A stretch of DNA of 37,241 bases from Planctomycetaceae bacterium (GTDB lineage: Bacteria; Planctomycetota; Planctomycetia; Pirellulales; Thermoguttaceae), in NCBI GenBank assembly GCA_037442445.1, contig JBBIQF010000084.1, forward strand, positions 1-37,241, written 5' to 3'. This document shows positions 23,203 to 32,404 of the stretch, in pieces. The notes beneath the pieces were generated by a model. That model ran no database searches, was not told the DNA's origin, and was given only the letters and a program-made list of their open reading frames with translations. A program made the translations under genes and the position numbers. Each line of letters starts with the position of its first letter. Position 1 is the stretch's first letter.

Positions 23203-26200
23203 GTGACGACCCGCTCCTTTCCCGTAGCGCTCAGCAGGCTTTCGACCTCCGGCAGCAACCCGTAGCTATAGGCCAAAAGCTTGATGGGATGGATGGTGGG
23301 CTTGCTGGTGCCCTGCTCCATCTGGATCTTGCAGGTGCTGCACTCGGTGGTGCCCGCCTGGATATCGGGATGGCGGAGCCGGCAGATCAGGTTCCAGCCG
23401 ATCCGCAGACTGGTGCGGTAGTGCTCGCGCCTTAGGCCGAACATGCCCGCCATGCCCGAACACCCCTCCTCGATCCGCATGACGGTCAAGCCGGGGATCA
23501 ACCGCAGCAGGTTTTCGCCCGGCGAGCCCACTTCCAGGGCTTTCAGCCGGCAGGGCATGTGGTAGCCCAGGGTGGCGCTTATGGGCCGCAGGTCGAGTTG
23601 CAGCCGGCCCTGGGTATGCATGCGCCAGAGGTAAGTGCACGCCTCGCTGGTGTGGCTGGCCACCAGGCGCGCATCGTCGTCGTCCAGCAGGGCGAGGTAT
23701 TCGCGGATCAAGCACAAAGCCGCCGCCGGCTCGGTGGCCACGATATGGTAGCCCTGGCGCACGGCCTCGGCCAGCACCGAGACATTGTGATGGGCCACGC
23801 GCCGGGCGAAATCCAGCTCGCCCAGCGACAAAGCGCGCAGTCCAGAATCCTTCTGATCCGGGGGCACATACACCGCCACCCCGTTGTGTTCCAGCACCGC
23901 CACCAGGGCCTGGCCAAGCTGCGGATCGTGATAGTTGGCATAGGCATCCACGAAATAGGCCACCTTGTGGCCGGTGCGGCGCGTGGGGCGGGTCAGGCGC
24001 CGCCGTGCCGCCCGGCGCACAAAGCTCCGTGCCGCCACGCGCGGCAGCTTGCGCCCCTGGGCGATCCCCAGCAGTTTTTCCAGAAGCCACCGCATCTGCC
24101 GGTTCTCCAGGGCCCAGTTGACCACCGGCGCCAGCCGGCCCCCCAGCATCCCCAGCAGGTCCAGGCGGATCAGCGCCGCTTCGGAAAACCGCAGGCCCTT
24201 GGCCGCCACGTAGGCGCCTTTGCTTTCGACCATCAGCCGCGGGATATCGACCCGCGCCGGGCATTCCAGGGCGCACATGTGGCAGTTGAAGCAGAGGTCG
24301 GCCACGGCCTTGAACTCGGCGCTGGTGAGGCTTTGCAGGCTCACCCGGCCGGTGATCACCCCGCGCACCAGGTTCGCTTTGGCCCGCGGCGAGGCCTCTT
24401 CGGCCGGCAGCACCCGGAACATGGGGCACATTCGGCTGTCGGGCGCCTGGGTGCGGCAATCGCCACAGCCGTTGCACGATCGCACCAAGTCGGCCGCCTG
24501 CCCCGGGTTCCAACTGAGCTGCAATTCGATGAGGTCGCGGAGCGCAGGCCGGTCCGGCTCGTCCGCCGGGGCATCCCGGGCGGCCTTGGTCTCGGGCACC
24601 GGCGGGCGCACAGAGGCGGTGATCGTCCCCTGCCCGTCGCCGATCACCTTGCCGGGGTTCAACAGGTTCTGCGGATCGAGAATCGCCTTCACCTGGCGCA
24701 TCACTTCGTACAGCTCGCCGTACTGGCGCCGGAGGAAGGGGGTGCGGCTGAGCCCCGCCGCATGTTCGCCGCCGAGGATGCCACCGACAGCAAACACCTG
24801 CTCATACAGGTCCTCGGCCAGGCACTGCATCGTGCGGACCTGCTTGGGATCCGAAAGGTTGAGGAAGGGCTGCACGTGCAGTTGTCCCTGGCCGGCATGG
24901 GCGAACACCGAGGCCACCACCTCATGCCGCTTGAGCAGGTTCTGCAACCGGACCAGAAAATCCGAAAGGGCCTCGGGGGGGACGACGATGTCCTCGACGA
25001 TGGGCACCGGCTTGGTGCATCCCCGCAGCGTGATTCGCCGGGCCAACTGCCAGAACAATTCGATCTCGGCCGGATCCAGGGCCTGCCGGCTTTCGATGGC
25101 CAAGCGGCGGCGCCGGCAGATTTCCTCGGCCAACCGGTAGGTCCGCTCGCGGACCTCCACCAGGCGGTCGCCGTCCGTTTCGACCAGCAGGGCGGCCTCG
25201 ATATCGCGGGGAATGAGCAGCTCGAACCGCGGGTCGTTTTCGCGGGCCAGGCTGAGGTGGCGCCGGTCCATCAGGTCGCACGCGCTGGGGCGGTGCGGGA
25301 GCACCTCCAGCACCGCACGCGTGGCACTGTCGAGGCTGTCGAACAGTAGCAGCGTCACGCCCCGGTAACGCGGCACAGGCTCGGTACGCAGGCGGGCCTC
25401 GGTCACCAGGGCCAGCGTCCCCTCGGAGCCGGTCAGCAGGCGGGCGAAGTCGAAATAGTCGTCGGCCAGGACCTCGGCCAGTCCGAAACCGCCGGGATGC
25501 ACCGGCGTGCGGGGCTGGGCAGCGCGAATCACCGCGGCGTTTTCCCGCACCACGCGGACCAGGGCGTTGATGAGGTCCCGCTTGCGGGGATGCGGGTCCT
25601 GGCTGGCGCCGTCCACCAGAGGTTCGCGCCCTGCCTGGAGGACGGTTCCATCGGCCAGTACCACCTCCAGTCCCAGCACATGCCGCCGCGCCGAGCCATA
25701 TTTGAGCCCGTGGCTGCCGGCGCCATCCACCGCCACCACGCTCCCCACCGTGGTCACGGTGCTGTTGCCGGGGTCGGGGCCGAACAGCCGGCCCCGCTTG
25801 CGCAGGTGATGGTTGAGGCGTTCGAGCACCAATCCCGGCTGGACCCGCACCCAGTCGTCGCCGGTCTGGAGGATGCGGCGGAGATAGACGGAAAAATCCA
25901 GAATCAGCCCGGGACCCAGCGCCCCGCCGGCCACCCCGGTGCCGGCCCCCCGGGCGTGCAGGGGGATTTGCTTTTCGGCCGCGTATTGGGCACAGGCGGC
26001 CACGTCGGCGGTCGAGCGCGGGCGGACTACCCCCAAGGGGGCGATTTCGTAGATGCTGCCATCGCCCGCAAAAAGCTGGACGAACACCTCGTCGCAGCGG
26101 ACCTCGCCGGAAACCAGGCCGCGGAGGTCGTCCAGGATGCGTTCGCGCTCGTGCTCCCAACCGGCCATAGGGGCCCTACGCTCCCGGCCCAAGCTGCGGG

Positions 26201-26204
26201 CCAT
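23199..26204 (-). CDS. FAD-binding oxidase fused to a (Fe-S)/CCG-domain module (GlcD-GlcF-like 2-hydroxyacid dehydrogenase fusion)
   Basis: N-terminal FAD_binding_4-type region (PRSTADVAACAQYAAEKQIPLHARGAGTGVAGGA). Two ferredoxin-type clusters (CNGCGDCRTQ...CP, CFNCHMCALECP). The C-terminal Cys-rich CCG-type repeats include CSGMAGMFG and ECSTC. The size (~1000 aa) is typical for this fusion. An alternative ATG lies at 26168. Confidence 0.85.
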   Translation of the reverse strand: MARSLGRERRAPMAGWEHERERILDDLRGLVSGEVRCDEVFVQLFAGDGSIYEIAPLGVVRPRSTADVAACAQYAAEKQIPLHARGAGTGVAGGALGPGLILDFSVYLRRILQTGDDWVRVQPGLVLERLNHHLRKRGRLFGPDPGNSTVTTVGSVVAVDGAGSHGLKYGSARRHVLGLEVVLADGTVLQAGREPLVDGASQDPHPRKRDLINALVRVVRENAAVIRAAQPRTPVHPGGFGLAEVLADDYFDFARLLTGSEGTLALVTEARLRTEPVPRYRGVTLLLFDSLDSATRAVLEVLPHRPSACDLMDRRHLSLARENDPRFELLIPRDIEAALLVETDGDRLVEVRERTYRLAEEICRRRRLAIESRQALDPAEIELFWQLARRITLRGCTKPVPIVEDIVVPPEALSDFLVRLQNLLKRHEVVASVFAHAGQGQLHVQPFLNLSDPKQVRTMQCLAEDLYEQVFAVGGILGGEHAAGLSRTPFLRRQYGELYEVMRQVKAILDPQNLLNPGKVIGDGQGTITASVRPPVPETKAARDAPADEPDRPALRDLIELQLSWNPGQAADLVRSCNGCGDCRTQAPDSRMCPMFRVLPAEEASPRAKANLVRGVITGRVSLQSLTSAEFKAVADLCFNCHMCALECPARVDIPRLMVESKGAYVAAKGLRFSEAALIRLDLLGMLGGRLAPVVNWALENRQMRWLLEKLLGIAQGRKLPRVAARSFVRRAARRRLTRPTRRTGHKVAYFVDAYANYHDPQLGQALVAVLEHNGVAVYVPPDQKDSGLRALSLGELDFARRVAHHNVSVLAEAVRQGYHIVATEPAAALCLIREYLALLDDDDARLVASHTSEACTYLWRMHTQGRLQLDLRPISATLGYHMPCRLKALEVGSPGENLLRLIPGLTVMRIEEGCSGMAGMFGLRREHYRTSLRIGWNLICRLRHPDIQAGTTECSTCKIQMEQGTSKPTIHPIKLLAYSYGLLPEVESLLSATGKERVVT

Positions 26205-26211
26205 TGGCCGC

Positions 26212-26862
26212 TCAGCGCCGTTCGCCGTGAATGAGCGTCATCACCTCGGCACGCGTCGAGGGATTGTTGCGAAAAGCCCCTTTCATCGCCGACGTTACGC
26301 ACACCGATCCGGGCTTGCGTACCCCCCGGACCGTCATGCATGTGTGCACCGCCTCCAAGACCACCGCCACCCCCTTGGGTTGCAATTCCTCCATCAACAG
26401 GTCGGCGATGGTTTCGGTCATACGTTCCTGGACCTGCGGCCGGCGGGCTACCCCCTCGACCACCCGCGCCAGCTTGCTCAGCCCGATCACCCTGCCGTTG
26501 GGCAAGTAGCCGATATGCGCCTTGCCCACAAACGGCATCAGATGGTGCTCGCAGATACTCTCGAAGCTGATGTCGCGGACCAGCACGATTTCGTCGTATT
26601 TTTCGGTGAAAAACCGCTGGAGGTGCACCCGCGGATCTTCGTGCAGCCCGCTGAACAGTTCGGCGTACATCCGGGCCACACGCCGCGGCGTGTCGCGCAG
26701 GCCCTCCCGATCCGGATTCTCGCCCACCGCTGTAAGGATTTCCCGCACCGCCCGCTCGATGCGGGCCAGGTCCACACCCGGCCGGACCGGCCGGGCAAGC
26801 TCGTCCGCTTCATCGGCCAGCGTGCCGGAAATGACTTCAGTTCCGCTATTGACGATCGCCAT
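26212..26862 (-). CDS. folE: GTP cyclohydrolase I
   Basis: [15 protein letters not shown], the Zn-ligand motifs CEHHLMPF and HTCM, and QVQERMT. The internal ATG at 26862 gives a typical ~216-aa protein. Confidence 0.9.
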   Translation of the reverse strand: MAIVNSGTEVISGTLADEADELARPVRPGVDLARIERAVREILTAVGENPDREGLRDTPRRVARMYAELFSGLHEDPRVHLQRFFTEKYDEIVLVRDISFESICEHHLMPFVGKAHIGYLPNGRVIGLSKLARVVEGVARRPQVQERMTETIADLLMEELQPKGVAVVLEAVHTCMTVRGVRKPGSVCVTSAMKGAFRNNPSTRAEVMTLIHGERR

Positions 26863-26901
26863 GCGTGCCGTTCTCGAAAATCTTGCGATAACCCACACGG
26901 A

Positions 26902-26930
26902 ATCGTACCCCCCCTCTTGGCGCGGGTCAA
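26902..26930 (-). promoter_or_regulatory. Candidate promoter TTGACC-N17-TACGAT for the folE-moa operon
   Basis: On the minus strand, TTGACC (26930-26925), exact 17-nt spacer, TACGAT (26907-26902). It lies about 40 nt upstream of the folE ATG. Confidence 0.5.
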
Positions 26931-27291
26931 GCCAAACTCGCTTGTCGCTTGTACTGAAAGCACGTTCGGTCGCCGCCTTCAGTCCCGCAAACGCCAAAGC
27001 GGCCTAAACGGTGGACACTAACCGGTTCTCGCCGGAGTCCTCTTAGCTCGCCGCCGGAACCGGCCGGGGCAGAAGCCCGTTTGCCCCCGCCGCCATCGGG
27101 CCACGTGGGGACTTGCCTAGCCGGCCCGGCCGGCACCACAATGGCCACACCACCGCGGCAAGTTACCACGGCAAGTGTCGGCTTGCGGCCCCGCCTGGTA
27201 CCCCCGGCCGGTTGGCTGGCGGGGTTCCAGGGGCGCTGCGAGCCGAAACGCGTTTGGACCGCAGCGATCGCCTGCAACAAGGGTTCCCACG

Positions 27292-29754
27292 ATGAAACGC
27301 CACTACGCCAACAGTATTGCGATCTGCCTGGCCACGGTGCTGGTTCTTTCTGCCGTGGCTCTCGGTGCGGCACCGACACAGCGCCTGGCAAAAGCCCCGG
27401 CATTGGACGAGCGGCCTGCCGAAGAGGGCACGTGGGGTTATCGGCCGGAAGATGGGCACACCATCGAGATCACGCCGCCGGCGTTTTCGTGGCGGCCTAT
27501 GCGGGAGATTGCGACCTGGCAACTCGAGTGCGCCCGGGGCAATCGCTTCGCCGAGGGGCAGGCGTTCTACCGTGCCGAGGGAATCCGCTTCAACGTGCAT
27601 TGCCCGCCGCGGACATTTCCGCCGGGCAGCTATGTATGGCGCTATCGGGGGGTTGACCGGGCGGGTAACGTCACGGCCTGGAGCCGGCCACGGCGCTTCA
27701 CCATCGCCCAAGGTGCCGCCGAACTGCCATTGCCGCCGCGGGAAGAACTCTTGGCCCGGGTGCCCAAGTCGCACCCGCGGTTGTTCTTGCGCCCGGAAGA
27801 CGTGCCCCGGCTGCGCCAACTGGCCCGCGGCGAGATGAACGCCCAGTTCCGCCAGCTCGAGGCCCGCTGCCAGCGGCTGCTCAAGAGCCCGCCGCCCACG
27901 GCCGAGCCCCCCAAGTATCCCCCCGGCACCGAGCCGCTCAGCGAGGCGTGGCGCGAAATCTGGTGGGGCAACCGCATGTACACCATCGCCGCCTTGGACT
28001 CGGCCGCCACGCTGGCCTTCACCTGGCGCCTGGGGGGCGACGAGCGGTTCGGCCAACTGGCCCGCCGCATCCTCATGGACTGCGCCCGCTGGGACCCCAA
28101 AGGGTCCACCGGCTTCCGCTACAACGACGAAGCCGGGATGCCGTACAACTACTACTTCTCGCGGACCTACACCTTCGTGTACAGCCTGCTCTCGGAGGAA
28201 GAGCGCCGCCAGTGCCGCCAGGTGATGAAGGCCCGCGGCGACGAGATGTACCAGGTCCTCTGCCCGCGGCACTTTTGGCAGCCCTACAACAGCCATGCCA
28301 ACCGCGCCTGGCACTTCCTGGGCGAGGTGGGTATCGCCTTTCTGGGCGAAGTCGAGGGGGCCGACGACTGGCTGTGGTTCGCCATGAACGTGTTTGCCAC
28401 CGTGTATCCGGTCTGGAGCGATGACGACGGTGGCTGGCACGAAGGCGCCAGTTACTGGGCCGCCTACTTGGAACGCTTCACGTGGTGGGCCGACGTGATG
28501 AAGGCCGCCGTGGGCATCGATGCTTACCGCAAGCCGTTCTTCTCGCGGGCCGGTTACTACGCCATGTACCTGATGCCGCCGGGAAAGACCGATGGCGGGT
28601 TCGGCGATTTGGCATCCTCGCGAACGGCGCAGGCCAACCGGAGCCTGATGCAGGTCTTCGCCGCCCAGGCCCGCCACCCGCACTGGCAGTGGTATGTGGA
28701 CCAATTGGGCGGCGGCCGGAAGCAGGCCGGGCTGCCCACCCCGGGCCCTTACATCCATTTTCTGCGGGGGACGCTGCCGGCAGTACCGGCCAAGACGCCC
28801 GAGGACCTGCCCACCTCGCGGGTCTTCCGCGGGACCGGGCAGGCGTACCTCAACAGCACGCTGTTGGATGCCCGCCAGGGCGTGCAGGTGGCTTTCAAAT
28901 CGAGCCCCATGGGGAGCCAGTCGCACGGGTACGATGCCCAGAATGCGTTTTTGCTGTCGGCTTATGGGCAGCGGGTGCTGATTTCCAGCGGCTACCGCGA
29001 TATTCACGGCAGCGAGCATCATCGGCGATGGATGTGGAGCACGCGGTCGGTCAACAGCATTACCGTGGATGGCCGGGGCCAGTTGCCCCACTCGGCCGCC
29101 ACAACCGGACAGATCACCGCCTTTGCCACGTCCAAGAGTTTGGACCTCGTTTCGGGCGAGGCGGGGCCGTGCTACCGCACCGGCCTGCGCCCGGACCAAG
29201 GCCGGTTCCTCGACCGCTTCAGCCGCACGCTGATCTTCGCCAAGCCCGACCTGGTGATCATCTTCGATCGGCTTGCGGCGCCGAAGGATTCGTCTTTCGA
29301 GTTCTGGCTCCATGCGCCGGCGGAGTTCCGCATCGGGGGCCCGCGGGACATCGAGGTCCGCTGCGGCGAGGTCTCGTGCCCCATCGCGTTTCTGGCTCCG
29401 GAGAACCTCGCGATCGTCCAGACGGATCGGTTCGACCCGCCGCCCCGCCCCCGCGTCAAGCTCCACGAGTGGCACCTGACGGCCTCGACCCCCAAGGTCC
29501 GGCAGGTGGAGTTCGTTACGCTGTTGCGCCCGCACCGGACCGGCCAGGCCGTGCCTACACAGGCGGAATTGAAGCGCGCGGCCGGCGGATACGTGCTGTC
29601 GGCCCGGGTTGGCGGCGGCCGGATTCTGGCCCTCTTGCCCGTCGATGCAAGCGCCGAGCTATCGGCCGAGGGGCTTTCGACCCGCGGCCAGGTGGCCGTG
29701 CGGCGCTACACGGATGACGGCGCCGTGGTAGATACCGTCGTGGAAAAGCCCTGA
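27292..29754 (+). CDS. Secreted heparinase II/III-family (DUF4962-type) polysaccharide lyase-like protein
   Basis: Signal peptide MKRHYANSIAICLATVLVLSAVALGA. A large alpha/alpha-toroid-like middle region (WWGNRMYT..., NSHANRAWHFLGEVG, DDGGWHEGASYW). The heparinase_II_III-type block is GSQSHGYDAQNAFLLSAYGQRVLISSGY. Assignment is from recalled family features only. Confidence 0.7.
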   Translation: MKRHYANSIAICLATVLVLSAVALGAAPTQRLAKAPALDERPAEEGTWGYRPEDGHTIEITPPAFSWRPMREIATWQLECARGNRFAEGQAFYRAEGIRFNVHCPPRTFPPGSYVWRYRGVDRAGNVTAWSRPRRFTIAQGAAELPLPPREELLARVPKSHPRLFLRPEDVPRLRQLARGEMNAQFRQLEARCQRLLKSPPPTAEPPKYPPGTEPLSEAWREIWWGNRMYTIAALDSAATLAFTWRLGGDERFGQLARRILMDCARWDPKGSTGFRYNDEAGMPYNYYFSRTYTFVYSLLSEEERRQCRQVMKARGDEMYQVLCPRHFWQPYNSHANRAWHFLGEVGIAFLGEVEGADDWLWFAMNVFATVYPVWSDDDGGWHEGASYWAAYLERFTWWADVMKAAVGIDAYRKPFFSRAGYYAMYLMPPGKTDGGFGDLASSRTAQANRSLMQVFAAQARHPHWQWYVDQLGGGRKQAGLPTPGPYIHFLRGTLPAVPAKTPEDLPTSRVFRGTGQAYLNSTLLDARQGVQVAFKSSPMGSQSHGYDAQNAFLLSAYGQRVLISSGYRDIHGSEHHRRWMWSTRSVNSITVDGRGQLPHSAATTGQITAFATSKSLDLVSGEAGPCYRTGLRPDQGRFLDRFSRTLIFAKPDLVIIFDRLAAPKDSSFEFWLHAPAEFRIGGPRDIEVRCGEVSCPIAFLAPENLAIVQTDRFDPPPRPRVKLHEWHLTASTPKVRQVEFVTLLRPHRTGQAVPTQAELKRAAGGYVLSARVGGGRILALLPVDASAELSAEGLSTRGQVAVRRYTDDGAVVDTVVEKP

Positions 29755-30434
29755 GCGGTCTGCGCGGGGCGGAGTATTCGCCATAACCGGCAAGCTGGCC
29801 ACAGCCGGCAGAGTCCCTTCGGCTTGTGCAATCGGCATAACCGTCGCTTGCGGCGCGACCGTTAGAAAGAGTTAAAGTCGCACCGCAGAGCGAATCGAAA
29901 GAAGTGTTGGGAAGGCTTGTTCGGCGCACGCTGGCGGCGCAGTGTTCGCTGCGAGGCCGGCGGGTGGCGGTTCGACAAGCGACGGTCCGAAGGGGGGACG
30001 CTGCTGGAACGGACAACGGCCGCCCCGCGCTTGCGGGGTGGTGGCCGGTCTGCGGCCAAGCCGCGGACGCTCTGCACGTTTCTCCCCGGATGGACTTGCG
30101 GCGCTTGGCCCCTGGACTTTTCGAGGTGGGGGCCGGGCGGTTGAGCGACACGTGCCTTCCCTATTTTACGGATTTTCGCTGACTTCCGGATACCCCGGTT
30201 GCCGATGTATGTACTAGTGGCGCGGGTCGGAGGGATACGATCCGGCGCCTGCGTAACAGCGTCATACCCTGCCCCGACCCAGATGTCCGCCTTCGGCCGC
30301 CCGGCTTCCCGCCGGCCCGATGGAACGACGCGCGGCCCAAGCGGACAAGGGGCGGACCGCTTCGGGCGGCCGTGGACCGCGGCCCGGCCGAAGCGCCATG
30401 CAAACCAAGCGAGTGAGATATCGGAGAGCCTGCA

Positions 30435-31007
30435 ATGAAGGTTTTTACCACAGGTCAGGTGGCCAAGATCTGTAAAGTGGCCCCGCGCACGGTCAGCAAA
30501 TGGTTCGATTCGGGCCGGCTCAAAGGATATCGCATTCCAGGGTCGCAAGATCGCCGCATCCCGCGCGAGTATCTGATCCGCTTCCTCAAAGAGCATGGTA
30601 TGCCCTTGGGCGACCTGGAGGACGAGGCGATGGCCAAGGTCCTCATCGTCGCCCAGGATCAGATCCTCATCGAAAACATCAAGCGCGAGCTGCCCCTGGA
30701 GCGGTCCTTCAAAGTGGCCGTCGCCTCCAGCGGCTTCGATGCCGGCATCCAAGCCGAAAGCTTCAAGCCCGACTGCATGATCGTCGATTTCTCCATCGGC
30801 CGTACCGAGGCCCTCCAGATCTGCCAGAACCTGCGCCGCAACACCGATTTCGCCGATGTGATCCTGATCGCCCTCCTGCCCGACGACGGCAGCTCGATCA
30901 GCTTCGATCGCTCCACGATCAACGAGACCTTCAAGAAGCCGTTCGATGCCGCGCTGTTGGCCGAGCGGCTCCGCACCCTCATCGGTGCCAAAAAAGAATT
31001 GGTCTAA
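30435..31007 (+). CDS. Excisionase/MerR-type HTH domain fused to a response-regulator receiver-like domain
   Basis: N-terminus FTTGQVAKICKVAPRTVSKWFDSGRLKGYRIPGSQDRRIPREYLIRFL (HTH_17-like). The C-terminal (beta-alpha)5-like domain has the putative phospho-Asp in CMIVDFSIG and the K-P pair in FKKPFD. The first acidic pair is degenerate (LIVAQDQ) and Ala replaces the conserved Thr/Ser (ILIALLP). Confidence 0.75.
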   Translation: MKVFTTGQVAKICKVAPRTVSKWFDSGRLKGYRIPGSQDRRIPREYLIRFLKEHGMPLGDLEDEAMAKVLIVAQDQILIENIKRELPLERSFKVAVASSGFDAGIQAESFKPDCMIVDFSIGRTEALQICQNLRRNTDFADVILIALLPDDGSSISFDRSTINETFKKPFDAALLAERLRTLIGAKKELV

Positions 31008-31071
31008 AGCCACGACCTCGCCCGGCACCTGGCCGGGCGCCTCCGCCTCCCACTCGCCGGTCCGAATCAAC

Positions 31072-31109
31072 CCGTCGCGGCCGAACCCCCGCGACGGTTT
31101 TTGTTTCTT
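31072..31109 (+). terminator. Rho-independent terminator
   Basis: Perfect 9-bp stem CCGTCGCGG / CCGCGACGG with an 8-nt loop (31072-31097), immediately followed by TTTTTGTTTCTT (31098-31109). It lies 65 nt after the HTH-receiver stop. Confidence 0.85.
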
Positions 31110-31151
31110 GTGGCGTTCCCCAGCGCCTGTCCCGCCACCGCCCCGGCGGCC

Positions 31152-32129
31152 CTACTTCCCCACCAACTGGCCGCTGGCGTCGTACTTCTTCAGCCCGGGT
31201 ACCGGCTCGAAGATCATCTTGCCATCCGGCCCGCGGCGCGGAGGGGTCAAATAGCGGGCCAGGTTCCTCTCCGTGGCCGGAAACTGCTCGTGATGCCAGT
31301 GCGAGAAGTCGCCCTTGAACAGCCGGCCGCTCTGCATGTCGGCGACCATCTCTTTCTGCGAGGGGACCTCGGGGACATTCAGCGTCGAATGCATCCGCCG
31401 CGAGGCCTTGTCGCCGGCCTGGATCTGGGCCGGCGTCTTGCTCACCCCGCGGCTGAAGCCCGGATTGGGCAACCGGCGGTCGATCCGCACGCAATCGTAC
31501 ACCTCCTGCCCGTTGACCATGATCTTGCGAATATAGATGTCGCTGTTTTCCGGCAGGCCTTGCAACCCGTGCTCGCCTTTCTTGACGTAGTGAAAGCCCT
31601 TGCCCCGCAGTTCGGCGACGAGTTCCTCGAGCGGGACCGGGCCGGGATGCTTCTTGAGCAACCGCGGGGCACGGATCAGCGGCAACTCTTTGTGGAGCTT
31701 GATGGCCACCTTCTCCACCACCGAAAGCGCGTGGCGCATGAGTTTCTCGGCCCGGGTGAGGCTCTTGGCTCTTGCGATGGCGGCCTCGGCCACCTTCAGC
31801 GCCCGCAGTGCCGATTCCAGCCGCGACTTGAGCTTGGCGACGCGGGAGACGATCAGGGCCCCTTTGGCCGATTTGCCGATGGCATCGCCGATATAGGGGA
31901 CCACGCCCAGCAGCGTAAGTCCGGCGCCGACGTAATCCTTACGGCGAATGCTGTTGGCGGCGCTGAGCAAATCGGAGGTGGGTGTGGGATCGATCACCCC
32001 CGCGGCGTCCAACGCGGTCTGCAATCCCAGCTCCGCCAGCTCGCGCCGGCAGTACTCGATCTCTTTCTGCGCCTCCTCGGCCTGGCGGCGCGCCTCCCGT
32101 TCCGCAATGCTCGGGTTACCGGTGGCCAT
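31152..32129 (-). CDS. Hypothetical protein with pre-toxin-TG (PT-TG)-like segment and uncharacterised C-terminal domain (polymorphic-toxin-like)
   Basis: GGGAG lies 9 nt before the ATG. No signal peptide is evident. Residues ~45-100 (VIDPTPTSDLLSAANSIRRKDYVGAGLTLLGVVPYIGDAIGKSAKGA) resemble the PT-TG module found N-terminal to toxin domains. A helical linker follows, then a ~160-aa globular C-terminal domain (GFHYVKKGEHG...DFSHWHHEQF). The domain call is from memory and not verified. Confidence 0.55.
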   Translation of the reverse strand: MATGNPSIAEREARRQAEEAQKEIEYCRRELAELGLQTALDAAGVIDPTPTSDLLSAANSIRRKDYVGAGLTLLGVVPYIGDAIGKSAKGALIVSRVAKLKSRLESALRALKVAEAAIARAKSLTRAEKLMRHALSVVEKVAIKLHKELPLIRAPRLLKKHPGPVPLEELVAELRGKGFHYVKKGEHGLQGLPENSDIYIRKIMVNGQEVYDCVRIDRRLPNPGFSRGVSKTPAQIQAGDKASRRMHSTLNVPEVPSQKEMVADMQSGRLFKGDFSHWHHEQFPATERNLARYLTPPRRGPDGKMIFEPVPGLKKYDASGQLVGK

Positions 32130-32404
32130 GGGCGTTTCTCCCTCGCAATTGGCCAGCCCCTGGAATGATACGGTTTACGAGCCAGCCACTTCATGCCCCC
32201 CGGTGGGAACCCTGCTTTCCGCTGCCACCCTATTCCATTATGGGGCCGGCTGGGGTCGAAGTTGCCGCTTTCTGGTCGGCCGGCCCCGCCGGGCAGCCCG
32301 TTTCGCCCGCACAGGTGGCATACGCGGCCGCTGGCACACCGCGGCATTGCCTCCATGGGGGGACAAACTGGCATCGCGATGCAGTACAGGCAGCGCTGAA
32401 TCCC

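Noticed and set aside
29960-29985. GGTTCGA (T-loop-like) sequence in the 680-bp gene-free region, examined as a possible tRNA.
   Set aside because: The flanking bases do not form a T-stem, and no acceptor or anticodon stems could be built by eye.
30199-30438. 79-aa ORF ending in an ATGA overlap with the HTH-receiver gene, considered as a possible leader peptide or small gene.
   Set aside because: The Arg/Pro/Gly/Ala-rich translation is typical of non-coding high-GC DNA, and there is no SD and no recognisable motif.
31212-31240. The HWHH motif in the PT-TG-like protein, considered as evidence for a WHH-type HNH/EndoVII nuclease toxin.
   Set aside because: As I recall them, canonical WHH/AHH/LHH domains have further conserved His residues downstream (LV....H....H.GG-like). 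None follow here. The motif is therefore only noted, not used for the call.
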